A DNA stretch of 64,000 nt from Balanoglossus misakiensis (Eukaryota > Animalia > Hemichordata): NCBI GenBank assembly GCA_040954595.2, contig CM082579.2, forward strand, positions 4,763,227-4,827,226, written 5' to 3'. How positions within the stretch are numbered: the first letter of the stretch is position 1; each line of letters starts with the position of its first letter. The notes under the pieces are model-generated. The model was not told the DNA's origin, did not search any database, and saw nothing but the letters and a program-made list of their open reading frames with translations. Below, one piece after another: positions 24,376 through 36,617 of the stretch. A program made the translations under genes and the position numbers.

Positions 24376-27300
24376 GCCAGGTCGACTGCGCAACAAGACG
24401 GTCTGTGGGCGACGAATCAGGTAAATAACTGCACCACTTTTATCAATTCCATACGAGTTCGAAGTGACTTAATACACCCTGGATTTTCCTGCTTTTAACA
24501 TAAAACATTGTTTATCGAAAATGGATGTGAATTTGCATGCAAAACAGATTGAATGACTGTGGTTATATCCTGGTATACCGGAGAGATGGCGTGGGAAATT
24601 TTATTTGCTTCCCCCACGTAGGGTCAGGCAAGACCGCCGAGTTCAAATGATTAACCCAGCAGAACGAATTATTTTTCCGCTTCAAGCTGAGCCAATTTTT
24701 GCATAAACATTATAAGTTACCTTGGGGTCGGAGGTCAAAAGGATCGGTTTGTCTTACATAATACAAGAAACAAATGAAAACAGATGTAGCGCGCAACTCG
24801 ACATGATTTTCTGAGAGCAACTTTCGTGTTTTCTGTCTTAAAATTGAGAATAGAAATTGGGGCCGCCGTGCAAAACTTTGAACGAGAGAACAAAACTGTC
24901 TCAAATTTGAAATTCAAAATGGCCGCCAGTCTATTAATATCCCAACTGATGTGTCTCTCACACAGAACGATGAAGGACCTATCCTGGAATTGGAAACAAT
25001 GCATGGGAAAGACCGAAAAGAAGGAAAATCGGGAGACGAGAACCCCGAACGCGGCAACTGGTCTCACAAAGCCGAATTCTTGCTGTCCGGTCTCGGTTTC
25101 GCCGTCGGCCTGGGAAATTTGTGGCGGTTCCCTTATATTTGCTTTACGAACGGAGGAGGTGGGTATGCTGTATGGTGCGGTCGAGGTGAAAATATGTTTA
25201 AGGTGGGGGGAATGCCCAGAGGTAGTGTGTAGTCTTGTTATCATATTCTTTAGCATTACATGTACTTTTTGTGGCTATGATTTCTTTGCCATTTATATAC
25301 AATATAATTTCCTCTCGTTTTACAGCCACATTCCTTATTCCATATGTCATCATGTTCTTCCTCGTCGGCATACCTGTGTTCTTTCTGGAGTTGTTACTCG
25401 GCCAATTCTCAAGCCTCGGATGTCTCTCTGTGTGGAAATGCGCCCCGCTCTTCAAAGGTAGGCTGTTTTGATGTGTTTTGATGTGCACCCTTGTGCTCGT
25501 TCATCTGCAGACGTGTCTGTTATACATCAAATCTTTTCTTCCTCGTCTTGCATCTCTTTCTGTCTGTCTCTGCGTTCTCCCTTCTTCTCAACTGCCTGGC
25601 AGACACAATTTCACATGTTTTCGCACACAGGCCTAGGCGTTGCAATGGTTATCATCAGCTGTCTCCTGACCGTCTACTACAACGTTGTTCTCAGCTGGGC
25701 CATCTATTACTTCTTCGCCTCCTTCACTGATCTGCCAACGGTCCCTTGGGTGGGATGCAACAACCCCTGGAATTCGGACAAATGTTTCGACGACAGGGAT
25801 TTGAACAGCACTGTCAACATTACTGCCGTGAGGGAGATGTTGCCCAACGACACGACCAGCCCATCTGCCGAGTACTTCAGGTAGATAATGAACTACGGCT
25901 GTTCAAATTTCCATGCGCCCCCCTTCCGTGGATATTGTCACGCCTGCACAAAGCATAAAAATAAAAAATACATATACCGCCATTTTTACAATGACATAAT
26001 ATGAGATGAAATCATATTTTACAGGAAATATTGATATCATTGAACAAGTACTGGTATCTTATTCGCGAACATTTAACGTGTTGTCCAATTTGCGTTCGAT
26101 GTTCCCATCTTTACAGCAATTTTGTGTTGAAAGCATCGTCTGGCATCGAGGAAACTGGTTATCTCCAGTGGCAGTTGGCACTTTGCCTTTTGGCGGGTTG
26201 GATTCTGGTGTACCTGTGCATCATCAGGGGTATCAAATCGGCTGGTAAGGTAAGAGCCCGTGTTGGTTCATTTTCCAAACAGGCGAGGATTTAACTATTT
26301 GCATGTACTGGGTAGTCGGGTGACTGCTCCTATATACTTACTATGTACAATTTCGTCGGGCATTTCGACGCGCTGATCCCCGCCTGTCTGTACTTTCCAC
26401 AGGTAGTGTACTTCACAGCAACCGTCCCTTACCTTCTCATCGTCATCCTCGTGGTGCGTGCATGCACCCTAGAGGGCGCTATTGACGGGATCGAGTTCTA
26501 CATCGGGAAGGCCAATTGGACCAAGCTCAGAGAACCACAGGTAATTCGATTGAACAATGGAAAGTAGAAAAACACGTAGAAATAGATTATAAACACGTTA
26601 TCAATTCAAACTAACACTATGTTTCACGACACAGATATGGAAAGAGGCTGCGGGACAGATGTTTTTCTCGCTGGGAACGTCAAGCGGAGGACTTTACACG
26701 ATGGCCAGCTATAACAAATTTCACAACAACGTGGTCAGGTGAGACTTCGCGCTATGATTACAATTGAGTGCCGATTGTTTTCATGACAAGCGCCAAAATA
26801 TGACTAAATGACGGTCGGTGTGGTCACACCGAGACTCGCCTCGGTTTGTGCCTCGGTCCTAATACATTCGACAGCAGGAGTACAATTTTCAATGTGCAGT
26901 GGTTCAAAATGTCAACTCTTTTCTTTCTCTTCGTTCTACAGCGACACATTCCTCATTGCCACGCTAAACTGCCTGACCAGCGTCCTCGCAGGCTTCGCCA
27001 TTTTCCCGATGCTTGGACACATGGCGCATGTGCAAGGGAAGACAGTCGAAGACGTTGCTGCCGGAGGCCCAGGTCTTGCATTTGACGTGTACCCGGAGGC
27101 TTTGTCCAGACTTCCCATCTCACCGTTTTTCGCTGTCATCTTCTTTCTCACTCTAATTACTCTCGGTATAGATTCGTTGGTACGTTACTTTATACAGACT
27201 TCAATTTGGTGGCAACAGGCGCCAAACCCAGTGTCGATTCTTTGATGGGGTAATTCTTAATTATCACTCACTCCATTTGCATCTGTTTCATGCAGTTCGT

Positions 27301-28883
27301 TACAGTGGAAACGGTTATTACGGCTGTCTTAGACGAGTTCAGGGGTCGAATTCGCAATATCAAATTTTGGAGGACTGTCCTGCCGATACTGTACTGCTGC
27401 GTAGCCTTTCTACTAGGACTACCCCATGTTACACAGGTATTTGACAACACTTTGTTTGTATTATTATTTTTTTTTGCAGCATTGTATTAAGTAACTGTTA
27501 TGATTGTGTGATTCACATGTTTTAGACACGCTTTTTTTCAATTCATATCGTTTTCTTTCATGCGAAGGCTGGATTGTATTGGGTCAACTTGATGGATTAT
27601 TACGCGGTATCCTTGGCGATGACGTTTGTTGGGCTCTTCGAATGTCTTGTGGTTTTCTGGGTCTATGGTAAGTGTCTGTGATCTGAACAGGATCCTGTAT
27701 TACCGATTACATACTACAGGAATTGGATCTCAAGTGACTGAAACAGATTGCCGGCAACATTCAAAGTCGGTTTACTCATCAACTGTAGTATACTTTTAAA
27801 GCAAATCAATTTACAAATTCATGTTTTCCAACCAACTCTCTTATTCTGTATACAGGGATAGCTCGCTTTTACAGGGACATACAGACCATCATTGGACGTC
27901 GGTCAGGTTTCTACAGCTTCGTAATCGGAATATTCATACTGGCACCCATCTTCATAGCCCCATTCATTATAGCTGTAAGTCACTTTTTCACGATGTCAAA
28001 CTTACGAATGGCTATACCGGTATATATATTTACATGTATATGTCGGCTTTCGTTAATCTAAATAGCTTTTGCTATACCCACGCAAGGCAGGAAAATTCAC
28101 AGTGGCGCATTCCTCACACTGTAAGACAATAAAGAGTTGAAACTTAGTTGAAAGTTTTGGATAACTACCATTATTCAGCATGTAATTATCACGTGGCAGC
28201 AATTTATTTCCATAATTATACGAGAAAACATAGATATGGCAGATACAGAAACCGTACCATTAAGTCACAAACTTTCATTATATTTCAGGCTGTCATAGTA
28301 TTTTTCAGTATTGACTACAAACCGCTAACGATGGGGTCCTACGCATATCCAGAGTGGGCTGATGCCTTGGGTTGGCTGATGACGTGTTCATCACTGACTG
28401 CATTCGTCCTGTACATACCGTACCATCTGATCTTCAAACAGACCGGTGGCGTTCATATGGTAGGTTCTCGTATAGTATATAATGATGGCATAGGCCTATA
28501 TTAAATATATGCGCGCATGCATTCATGCAGGCATGCATGCATATGTACGTGCACACATTGAACACCTATTACACACATTTAAGAATCACCAGTTCAATGT
28601 TCTGCTCGTTCGTTCGTTTGTTCGTTCTATCGTTCAAACACTCATTCAATTTGTTATTTTAATACTTTATCCTTTATCTCTTTATCTATGACAGAGGCTC
28701 GTCAAATCTCTGAGACCAACACATGACTGGGGTCCCGCGCTTAATAAGTTCAGAGAGGAAGCTGGCTATGACCCCTTACCGGAAAGATACAAGACCGTTA
28801 CATCGTACAGTAGACCAGGTGAACTTAGCCTGTACCCGGACACTGCAGAAATGGCTGTTCAATGTGATATGCCGGAGTTATAA
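24376..28883 (+). CDS. SLC6 sodium/chloride-dependent amino acid or glycine-type transporter
   Basis: Canonical TM1 [37 protein letters not shown]; [26 protein letters not shown]; [12 protein letters not shown]; [14 protein letters not shown]; [17 protein letters not shown]; [13 protein letters not shown]; [11 protein letters not shown]; [17 protein letters not shown]; LGIDSLFVTVE; [10 protein letters not shown]. Stop TAA at 28881-28883. The 5' end is uncertain: an in-frame small exon lies at 24376-24420, or translation may start at Met ~24999. Confidence 0.9.
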
Positions 28884-29672
28884 CTCCCCTGGGAGAACTG
28901 AAGCAGAGATTTCAACATGACAAGGGAGACGTAAATCTAAATTCCAATCGAAAGTTCTGCTTTGCAATAACAATAGTCTCTACGTTTGGAGGAACTGTGT
29001 CTGAAACAAAATTCTATTTTCGTACTAGTTTGTTTGTCAAGCATATGCAGTCACCCTGTATCCTTCCATGGACCACTATATCTGGAGTCCGACAGTCTGT
29101 GAGCGGTATCAGGATGGTTACCACTCGATATTTAGTACCATCCGGGTTTTTTTGCCGATGATTAGGGGTTAAAGGGAATAGTTCTATTAAACTTTTGACA
29201 TTAGGCCTACGACTTATTCTCATGTTAAACCCATGTATAGGGTGTTGTAACATTTAGCATGGTTCAATGAGCAGAATAACATATTCACATAGCCAACCAA
29301 AATAAATACCAGATATTAATCAATTATGACGTCAAAGTTAGCGACTTTATTCATTTAAGGGAGGGGTCAAGTAACTTTCGGACAATCCAATATTTACAAG
29401 TACAAGTATGCTGCCACATAAAATATAGCAAACCATAAACGAAGTAACACAAGCTTAGGCAAGCACAAGATGAAACAATACTGAGAGACACGCTGATGTA
29501 CCTTTAAGTATTGGCAGTCGCGTGATGTAAATACTAGTAGCTTTCTAATATTTAGTTCGGCGGGTGTCGCTTTTACATGCAAGGCGTCGATCGCTGCCTC
29601 CAGGGGGCGTACTCCTGCCCTGATTGTCCAGAGTGGTGCACTGCTCATGCTCAGTTCCCTGCTCCGATCGCT

Positions 29673-32600
29673 TTACACTTCTGCTCGCTCCCAGACACTG
29701 ACCTGAAAGCCATCTTCGAGCGGCGGCAATATGTAACAAAGGAGTCTTTCCTTGGCGTAGCTGTCAACCTCATCCGGGCAACTTCCAGCCTTGGATTCGA
29801 AGGCCGTGACTTCCTTAAACCACGCCTCCCACTGCTCCCAGATGTAAAATCCTGGAAAGCCGGGGATCGGGCCTTCGTTCGCCGGAACTTTCGAGGTGAG
29901 TTCACGCTCCCCGAACGTGCGACTCGGCGAGAATCGACCATCCGCCTCGGACGCAGATATCGCATTCTCGGAGACTGTCGCGAAAATGTCTACGGTAGGG
30001 TTCTCTTCGAGCCTGCCGAACATTTCTTGCAAGACGTGCAACTTGAGGTTCTCGGTGACGACAACCAACTGGCGGATTGATCGATTGCGTTTTATGCTGT
30101 CGAACAGCAGCATTAAATCGGCGTCGTCACCAAAATGTTTGATGACCACGTGTCTCAGACTAGAGCTCTCCTCCAGCGCTTCGGTGAAGACTCCCGCGGC
30201 CTGCTTGCAGCACTGCTCTTGTTTAACCCGACGGGCGCCGCTGAATAGCGGGTGGCTGCTCAGGTCTTTGTACCGCGACGATCGCCTGGTCGGGGACGGC
30301 GACGATTCGGGCGTTCCATGACGGGAGTAGGACAAGCGCTCGGTGTTGAAGGACAGTTTGCTCAGGGATTTATTCTTCGCGATGACGCTGGCGAGCGCTT
30401 CTCTCCTTTCGGCAAAGAGACTACTCGACGCAAAATTTGTGCTCAGCGATTTTAGGCAGCCGTGGTGCGACAGGTCCTTTGCTACGCCGACAAATAGATT
30501 CTCCGCCTGCCGGTGTCCGTACAAGGAAAAGTGCTGGAGGCATTTGTTGATGGGCGAAATGATAGCGTGAGGGCGCCTCGATTCCTCCACATTGATGCTA
30601 AGGCGTAGGTAAGTTAGGCTGGCAGAGGATGCCAGCGCTTCGCTTATGTGGGGCAAAAAAATCGAATGGCACTCGCCCTCGATTTGTAGACCTACGTCCC
30701 GAAGGGCGGGGTTGTTTCTTATGACTAATGCTGTCATCGACTCCGTGGAATGCGGTACAGACATGACGAGTCTCTCTAAATGACTGGTCCTACCCAAGGT
30801 GTCGAACAACTGCACGTCCATGTCTGTGTACGAATAAGGATAGTTAAACACCAAGCTTTTAAGTTTGGTCGTCTCTTCGTCGTCTCTGTTCTTGCGCACG
30901 TACTCGCCTATGACAGCGGTTAAGCCGGAGAAAAACTGCGACGTGCACTTCGCACTGAATATGCGCAGACTGTCCGGTTCGGAGAGGATGGCGGGGGCGA
31001 CCTGGCGCGCGGATTCGACCAGGTTCCCGGATTCGTGCAAGCAGACCAGGACCAACTGAATCATGCGCGAAAAGTACTCGGTGTTAGCGTCGGAGTTCGA
31101 TAGCACCTCTGTGAGCACGGCGAACAAGCTGCTGCATTGTGACGAAAGAAGTCCCGCGGTAAATAGACATACATTGTGGAGTTCTTCGGCCGTGGCGATT
31201 GTCTTGAGAACGCCCTCGTCGTTCGCTTCGCCGCTGCCGTGGAGATAATACGCAGCCAGGAATTCTTGGAAAGTTTTGTGCAAGAAGACCCAATACGTGC
31301 AACTCTCGACGCGGGAGGCGCCGTATTCTTGATACAGAAACCCCGCTTTTATCATATCGTCAGAAATTGTATGCCGGTCTAGGTCTTCTTGTTTGAATGT
31401 GCCCTTTTTGTCCTTCAGGCCTTCGAACGCCATTTTACCCAATTTTGACAATTTGACGGCAAAATCCTCTGGTATTTCTTTACTCTGTGGTACAGGCAAA
31501 TTACTTTTCTTATAGAATCTTTTGATTATGCTCACAATTATCTGACGATATAGTTCGGTCACCTCACTCCAGAGCGCATGCTCATTATCCTCCCACAGGA
31601 CGCACAGCAAGACAGCATTCAGAGGGTTTGTTGTAAGTATTTGAATTTTGTCGTCTTCTTCTATTTTAACTTGCAGTTTTTCCGCAGCATCTTCGTCGCG
31701 ATCAAAGTATTTTTGGACGAAAATGGCCACACTTTCTGGAGTAAAACCTTTGATTATGTAGTGGTCGTCCGCTTCTGCGACCAGGTGGCGGCGCTCGGTG
31801 CTGCGAGATGTCGCCACCACCGTCGTCTGGGGGAGAACTCTTCGTTTCACCAACTTCAGCACGTCGGATTTCCACGCCGTCTCAAGCTCGTCGACTCCGT
31901 CGAGAAATATCAGCACTCTCTCTTGGTTTTTCTTGATGTAATTTCCGAGGTGGGTTTTGTCCACCCCGCTGTCCTCGGGGAGAAGTTGGTCGAATATCGC
32001 GTCCACGAGTTTACCGCTGTCGAGCATCCGCCTCAGATTCAGAGCAATCAGCAGATCGAAATGTTCCGCTGTCCAACTCGACTCGTCCTCTGCCCAATCC
32101 AGCGCGAATTTCCGACAAAAAGTGCTCTTACCAACACCCGGCTCCCCCTCCACCAAGATTCTCTTGCAGCCCCCGTACAAGAGTCTTTTGCGAAAGTCAC
32201 TTTCTGAGCTGGGGCGCTCGATGCCGCGTGGACTCCTCGCCGTTAATTCCAGCTCTGTGTAGATGTCGGCAGTTTTGAGTTGAAATCCCGCTTCGAACCA
32301 TGGCGTTGGCTGAATCTTGCTACTGTAGTTCAGGTAGTACGTCCTAAGTAGTTTTTCACAGGCTTTTGCGGCAGCAGATTCTTTGTCAAAAATAATAAAT
32401 AAATAAATAGATAGATAAATCAACCAGGTATATTACAACTCAATGCGAACGCAGTATGATCTAATCAATGTATTAATTATTTCATCTATCCATCCATCCA
32501 TTCAATCAATCAACATAAATTTATGTTTGACATTTTACTGATTGAGTTTCTACACTCAGATATGATGCTTCGTGTTGGAATTTTACCTGCTTCGCTTCCT

Positions 32601-32954
32601 CCAGCACTGTTGTGACCATTCGAGAAGTCTGCACTATCATAGCTTTCAACTGAAAAGGCGAAATAGGGTAACTAGTTAAGTTTTGTAATATTCAAGCGAT
32701 GTACTGTTCGACATCTCGGCTTGTTTCAACATACTTCCCGAGAGAAAAATACCGCTATTTTAAGCATGAAAAAAATGGCATTTTGCATATGGTTTGCGAA
32801 GGTTCAGCCGAGACTTACCCGAATCGAAGCGAATATCGCCGATCTTCACCGATGACGAATCGCCAGTTACGACGACGACATTGCCATCCCCCTGTACATT
32901 AACCTCGTTGTGGGGGGTCTGTGCGCCGCTGCGATCGTTTCCCTTGTCTGTCTC
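29673..32954 (-). CDS. NACHT- and LRR-containing NLR-like protein
   Basis: Walker A GEPGVGKST, Walker B VLIFLDGVDE, sensor-1 VVATSR, NPLNAVLLC, winged-helix motif FLHKTFQEFLAAYYL, then degenerate LRRs (e.g. LASVIAKNKSLSKLSF, FTEALEESSSLRHVVI). One large exon 29673-32380 plus two phase-compatible upstream exons, 32587-32649 and 32819-32954. The start exon is not certain; a candidate is MAME at 33974-33963. Confidence 0.9.
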
Positions 32955-34151
32955 CTGATTGATGAAACACAGAGGAAAGGTCATTCACCATTTATTATTC
33001 AGAAATGAAAATTACCCTAACGCATTGTCTAACCTTGCCCATTTCCATATATACATGTACGTGTTCCTCGTCACCGTGAACACCAACACCATGGAATTCA
33101 CTTCCTGAACCGCAAGAAGTAAAAAAGACGACCCTTCGTGACAAAATAGTTTATGCATATCATTACAGTATTCGCAATACATGAACTTATTAAAACTAAA
33201 ATTATATTTCTAAGAAATTGACAAAAAAGCCGATCAGGGTATGACTGAGCGTCATGGTTATAACAATTTGGTTGAAAAAAAAACACATTTTCGTCTGAAT
33301 TTCAAAGTAAAATATCCTCGTTGACCTCGAAGCTTACATTAATTTTGCGCATTTTTAAAATGTCCAATTAATTAAAACGCTGCAAATGAGACCTTCGAAG
33401 TGCATAATTCTGAGTCAGTGTACATCTGTTGTGGGTATACATTTCACTTCAGCGTCACGTACAAACCTAACGCGCTAAATATGGAAAAGACAAGGCCATT
33501 ACATGTGAAACAACTAACTTTGAGTCACCATGAGGTAACCGCCAGTACTAGTATGCTGATTAGGGCCTCATGGCGTTTTTCGTTCAGCTCACAAAACAAC
33601 TACAGTCTTGTAAAATAAAAGGTGCGCCCATCACAACGTTTCACCCCAACAAACAATCGAGAATAATTATAAGCCAGAACAGTACATTAGCTTGTTGTGT
33701 TTTACTTTATAGTCAGACAAATTGTGCTTTCAGATCGATATAATTAACAGCACAATTATTGGTATTACGTAATCTTTCTTCCATTCGTCATCAGTTAGAC
33801 TGCTCAGCTGACATACTTATTAATATTCTCTACTATCAAATCACATTGTACTTAAATTAGTCCGAGTCAAATTTTATTCCTTTTTTTTATAATTTAGTGA
33901 ACATTTAGGCGTACTAAATTATACAAAAGCTCTAGCTTCGAGGGGGGCGGGCAAGTCATCACCTCCATTGCCATTCTTCATTTTGCTATTTCGATTGGTG
34001 TGTGGGGTTCAGTAATGTTTTGGAATACACATAAGATCATATACACCAATGATAATCCACCGACCCCCGCTCCCAGGTTGGATATACATGTACTGACCAG
34101 TCCCTAGCACATGTTTTTTTATGTTTCAGTCACTCAACTCGTCTCTTAACA

Positions 34152-34170
34152 TGAGTCACCCATGACGTCA
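34152..34170. promoter_or_regulatory. Adjacent AP-1 and CRE sites in the candidate NLR promoter
   Basis: TGAGTCA at 34152-34158 and TGACGTCA at 34163-34170, about 180 bp upstream of the candidate first exon. Motif match only. Confidence 0.35.
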
Positions 34171-36617
34171 CCGAACGTAATGACATGAATTAAACTGTCA
34201 CTCACATTTACTGCACATTCCACAGAGTTCCACGCCGTGACGTGAAACATGGCCGATCAGTGAGCATTCGCTCGTTCTCACAGTTTGTCAAATTATGTGT
34301 ACACGTACTAGTACCCGGATGAAAATATCCGACTATGCACCTCTGCTCAGACAGCAGATAGCTTTACACCGGAATTGGCATAGAATTTTCTATTGTAATA
34401 ATGACATGCATCGTGCATTCGTCATGCATACTATTCTCTACGGTGCTGCGGCTATTATTAACAAGAGTCATGGACGGTGACGATCGCTCGCTCCTGCCTA
34501 TATCATTGTGGAGCTCTGAATGTCAGTTGCGTTGGCAGGATACCAGCGTATCCAAATGCAATCTCACATTTTATAACACAAAATAAGCATTAGTATGTTC
34601 AACCGAGTACCCGTTGCTTTCGAAACCAAGTTGCGGGCGACGCGGTTATCTGCTTTAGGCAAATACCATGTCAAGAAACATGGTACCTGTAATAAAAGGA
34701 ATCTGACCTTGAAAATCGAATGACTAACCTTCAATAACATATTACTCTAGTATAATGACATTTTTTGTACGGAATTACATTTGGTATTCATATAAATTCG
34801 AGAGAATCGTTAATGGGTATATAAATATAGAATCTGAATAAAATTTAGAAACAAACACCTCCCTTAAAACAATGTGCGATACTACGGCAGAACTATACAG
34901 ACACAGAGACGCATGTTTAGCTACCAATAGTACATTATCGACAACGTCGAAATCTGCATTTGAAATCTTGCCTACAAGCAGTATACACACTTCCCTGTAT
35001 TGTAGGCCTACCAACGTCTCCAAATACTGTAATGCAACGCACGCTCTTCGAAACAAAGACACAACGCCCTTAAAAACACAAAGCGCTCACCATTTCATTT
35101 CCGCGTTGACATCATTCCACGGCCACGAAGACGGGCTACTGGCGAACCGCGCCTGCGCGCAACTACAGCTACCAGACGGACGAAACGCCGCCACAGTTCG
35201 TCGCTATCTGAACCACAGTCCCTCAGAGAGGAATTTGTCTGTGTTGAGATACTATTGGGAAGAGTTCCACGCGGAAACTGCCGTATGATATTACTGGTCC
35301 AGCAAGTTTTCATGTAATATCAACATGTCGTGTGATTCAATGAGATAAGCACCTGTTATTATTCTTAAAACTAGCCCAAACAAGAAGTTATCAACAAAAC
35401 TGCAGCCTTTGAACATAGTATGACCCAATGTCGGCAAAAGTGAGCTCCATTCGTTCAGTTGTAACGGGGAGTACCGCGGAAGCTTATCATTGCGCCCTCT
35501 GCGTCCACGCCATCACCCAAACAAAAAGACCCGGTACCGTGCGTGAGGTCTGGGCAAAAGTTCAATCGTAATTACCCCTAAACAGGTACAACAGGTGACG
35601 TAATGGTCCGATAGACAAGAAAATGCACGACCGAGTTTCTTTGTGTCGAGAAGATGTACAAGACCTGTCAGAACAATTAGCTTGTGTTAAGTGCATGTAA
35701 ATGGTACCTCGGTGAACCCCCAAGTCTAATTAATGAAGGGTAAAGCCGTGGCTTGTGTGATTTCACAATGCGGTTAAATTGGCGGCCCATTCAACGCTGG
35801 GCGAGACAAAAAAGTGCTCAGAGTTGTAATTGCTTTCTCATTGCTGTTGGTTCAATTGAAATGTCTCCGTTGGTGACTGAGATGTGGGTGTTCTTCGATG
35901 TGCTGTTCCTGCTGGTGAGTTTGTCCAGTGTACACGTGAAAACACTTGCTCTGCATCCGAAATCATCGATGTTTTCTCTTTTAAATTCGCCAGCTTGCTG
36001 AGTTCTATTCACATTGCAGTCCAGCGCCCTCGGTGGTGTCTGTTCAGCCGTGCCGAAAGAACGATCACACCTGCTTGTCTCCATTATCTTCCGCTAATAA
36101 TTTCTGACTCGGTGTTTGTTGGGGGATAAATATCGATCGTCTCAGTCTGAAGGGAGGCGCGAAATTCACTGCTGGCAAGCACAGTCACCACAGCCTTGGG
36201 TGCGTTGCATTGTTCCAACCATTCAGGCCCGGCCTGTGACGTCGCTCGAGCGGCCCTCGGTGAACCCCGGCCCACAAGTTGAATGTTGTTAATATTTTAA
36301 TGCATGCAAATTACTAGGTGGTATAGTCGCCGAGAGGCACTTCGAACAGTGTTGAGAACTGCTCTGCTCTGGGCAAGTGGGTCCGTCAGACAGGTCGCCG
36401 TGTCAAACCAGGCCGTGTAATCAATACCGCGGGCATTTTATGAACTAGTCGAGGCAGACGACACTATCACTCCGTTACGTACTTGAGGTGGACGTACGCG
36501 CACTCGCCGGTCCCGGCTAATCACACTGAGTTTCACGCGGGCTCGGCCAAGAAGTTCCAAAGCAACTCATATACAACGTCAAGGGCACAGTAGTTCTGAA
36601 GGAAGAGCTAAAGAAAC

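Noticed and set aside
24826-25461. 211-aa + strand ORF and overlapping 173-aa - strand ORF
   Set aside because: Alternative frames running through SLC6 exons and introns.
29577-32262. Several + strand ORFs (up to 209 aa) overlapping the NLR
   Set aside because: Antisense shadows of a GC-rich coding exon, with no recognisable motifs.
32381-32423. ORF-track N-terminus MIYLSIYLFIIFDK of the 916-aa protein
   Set aside because: It derives from intronic (TATC/TATT)n sequence upstream of the splice acceptor at 32381-32382.
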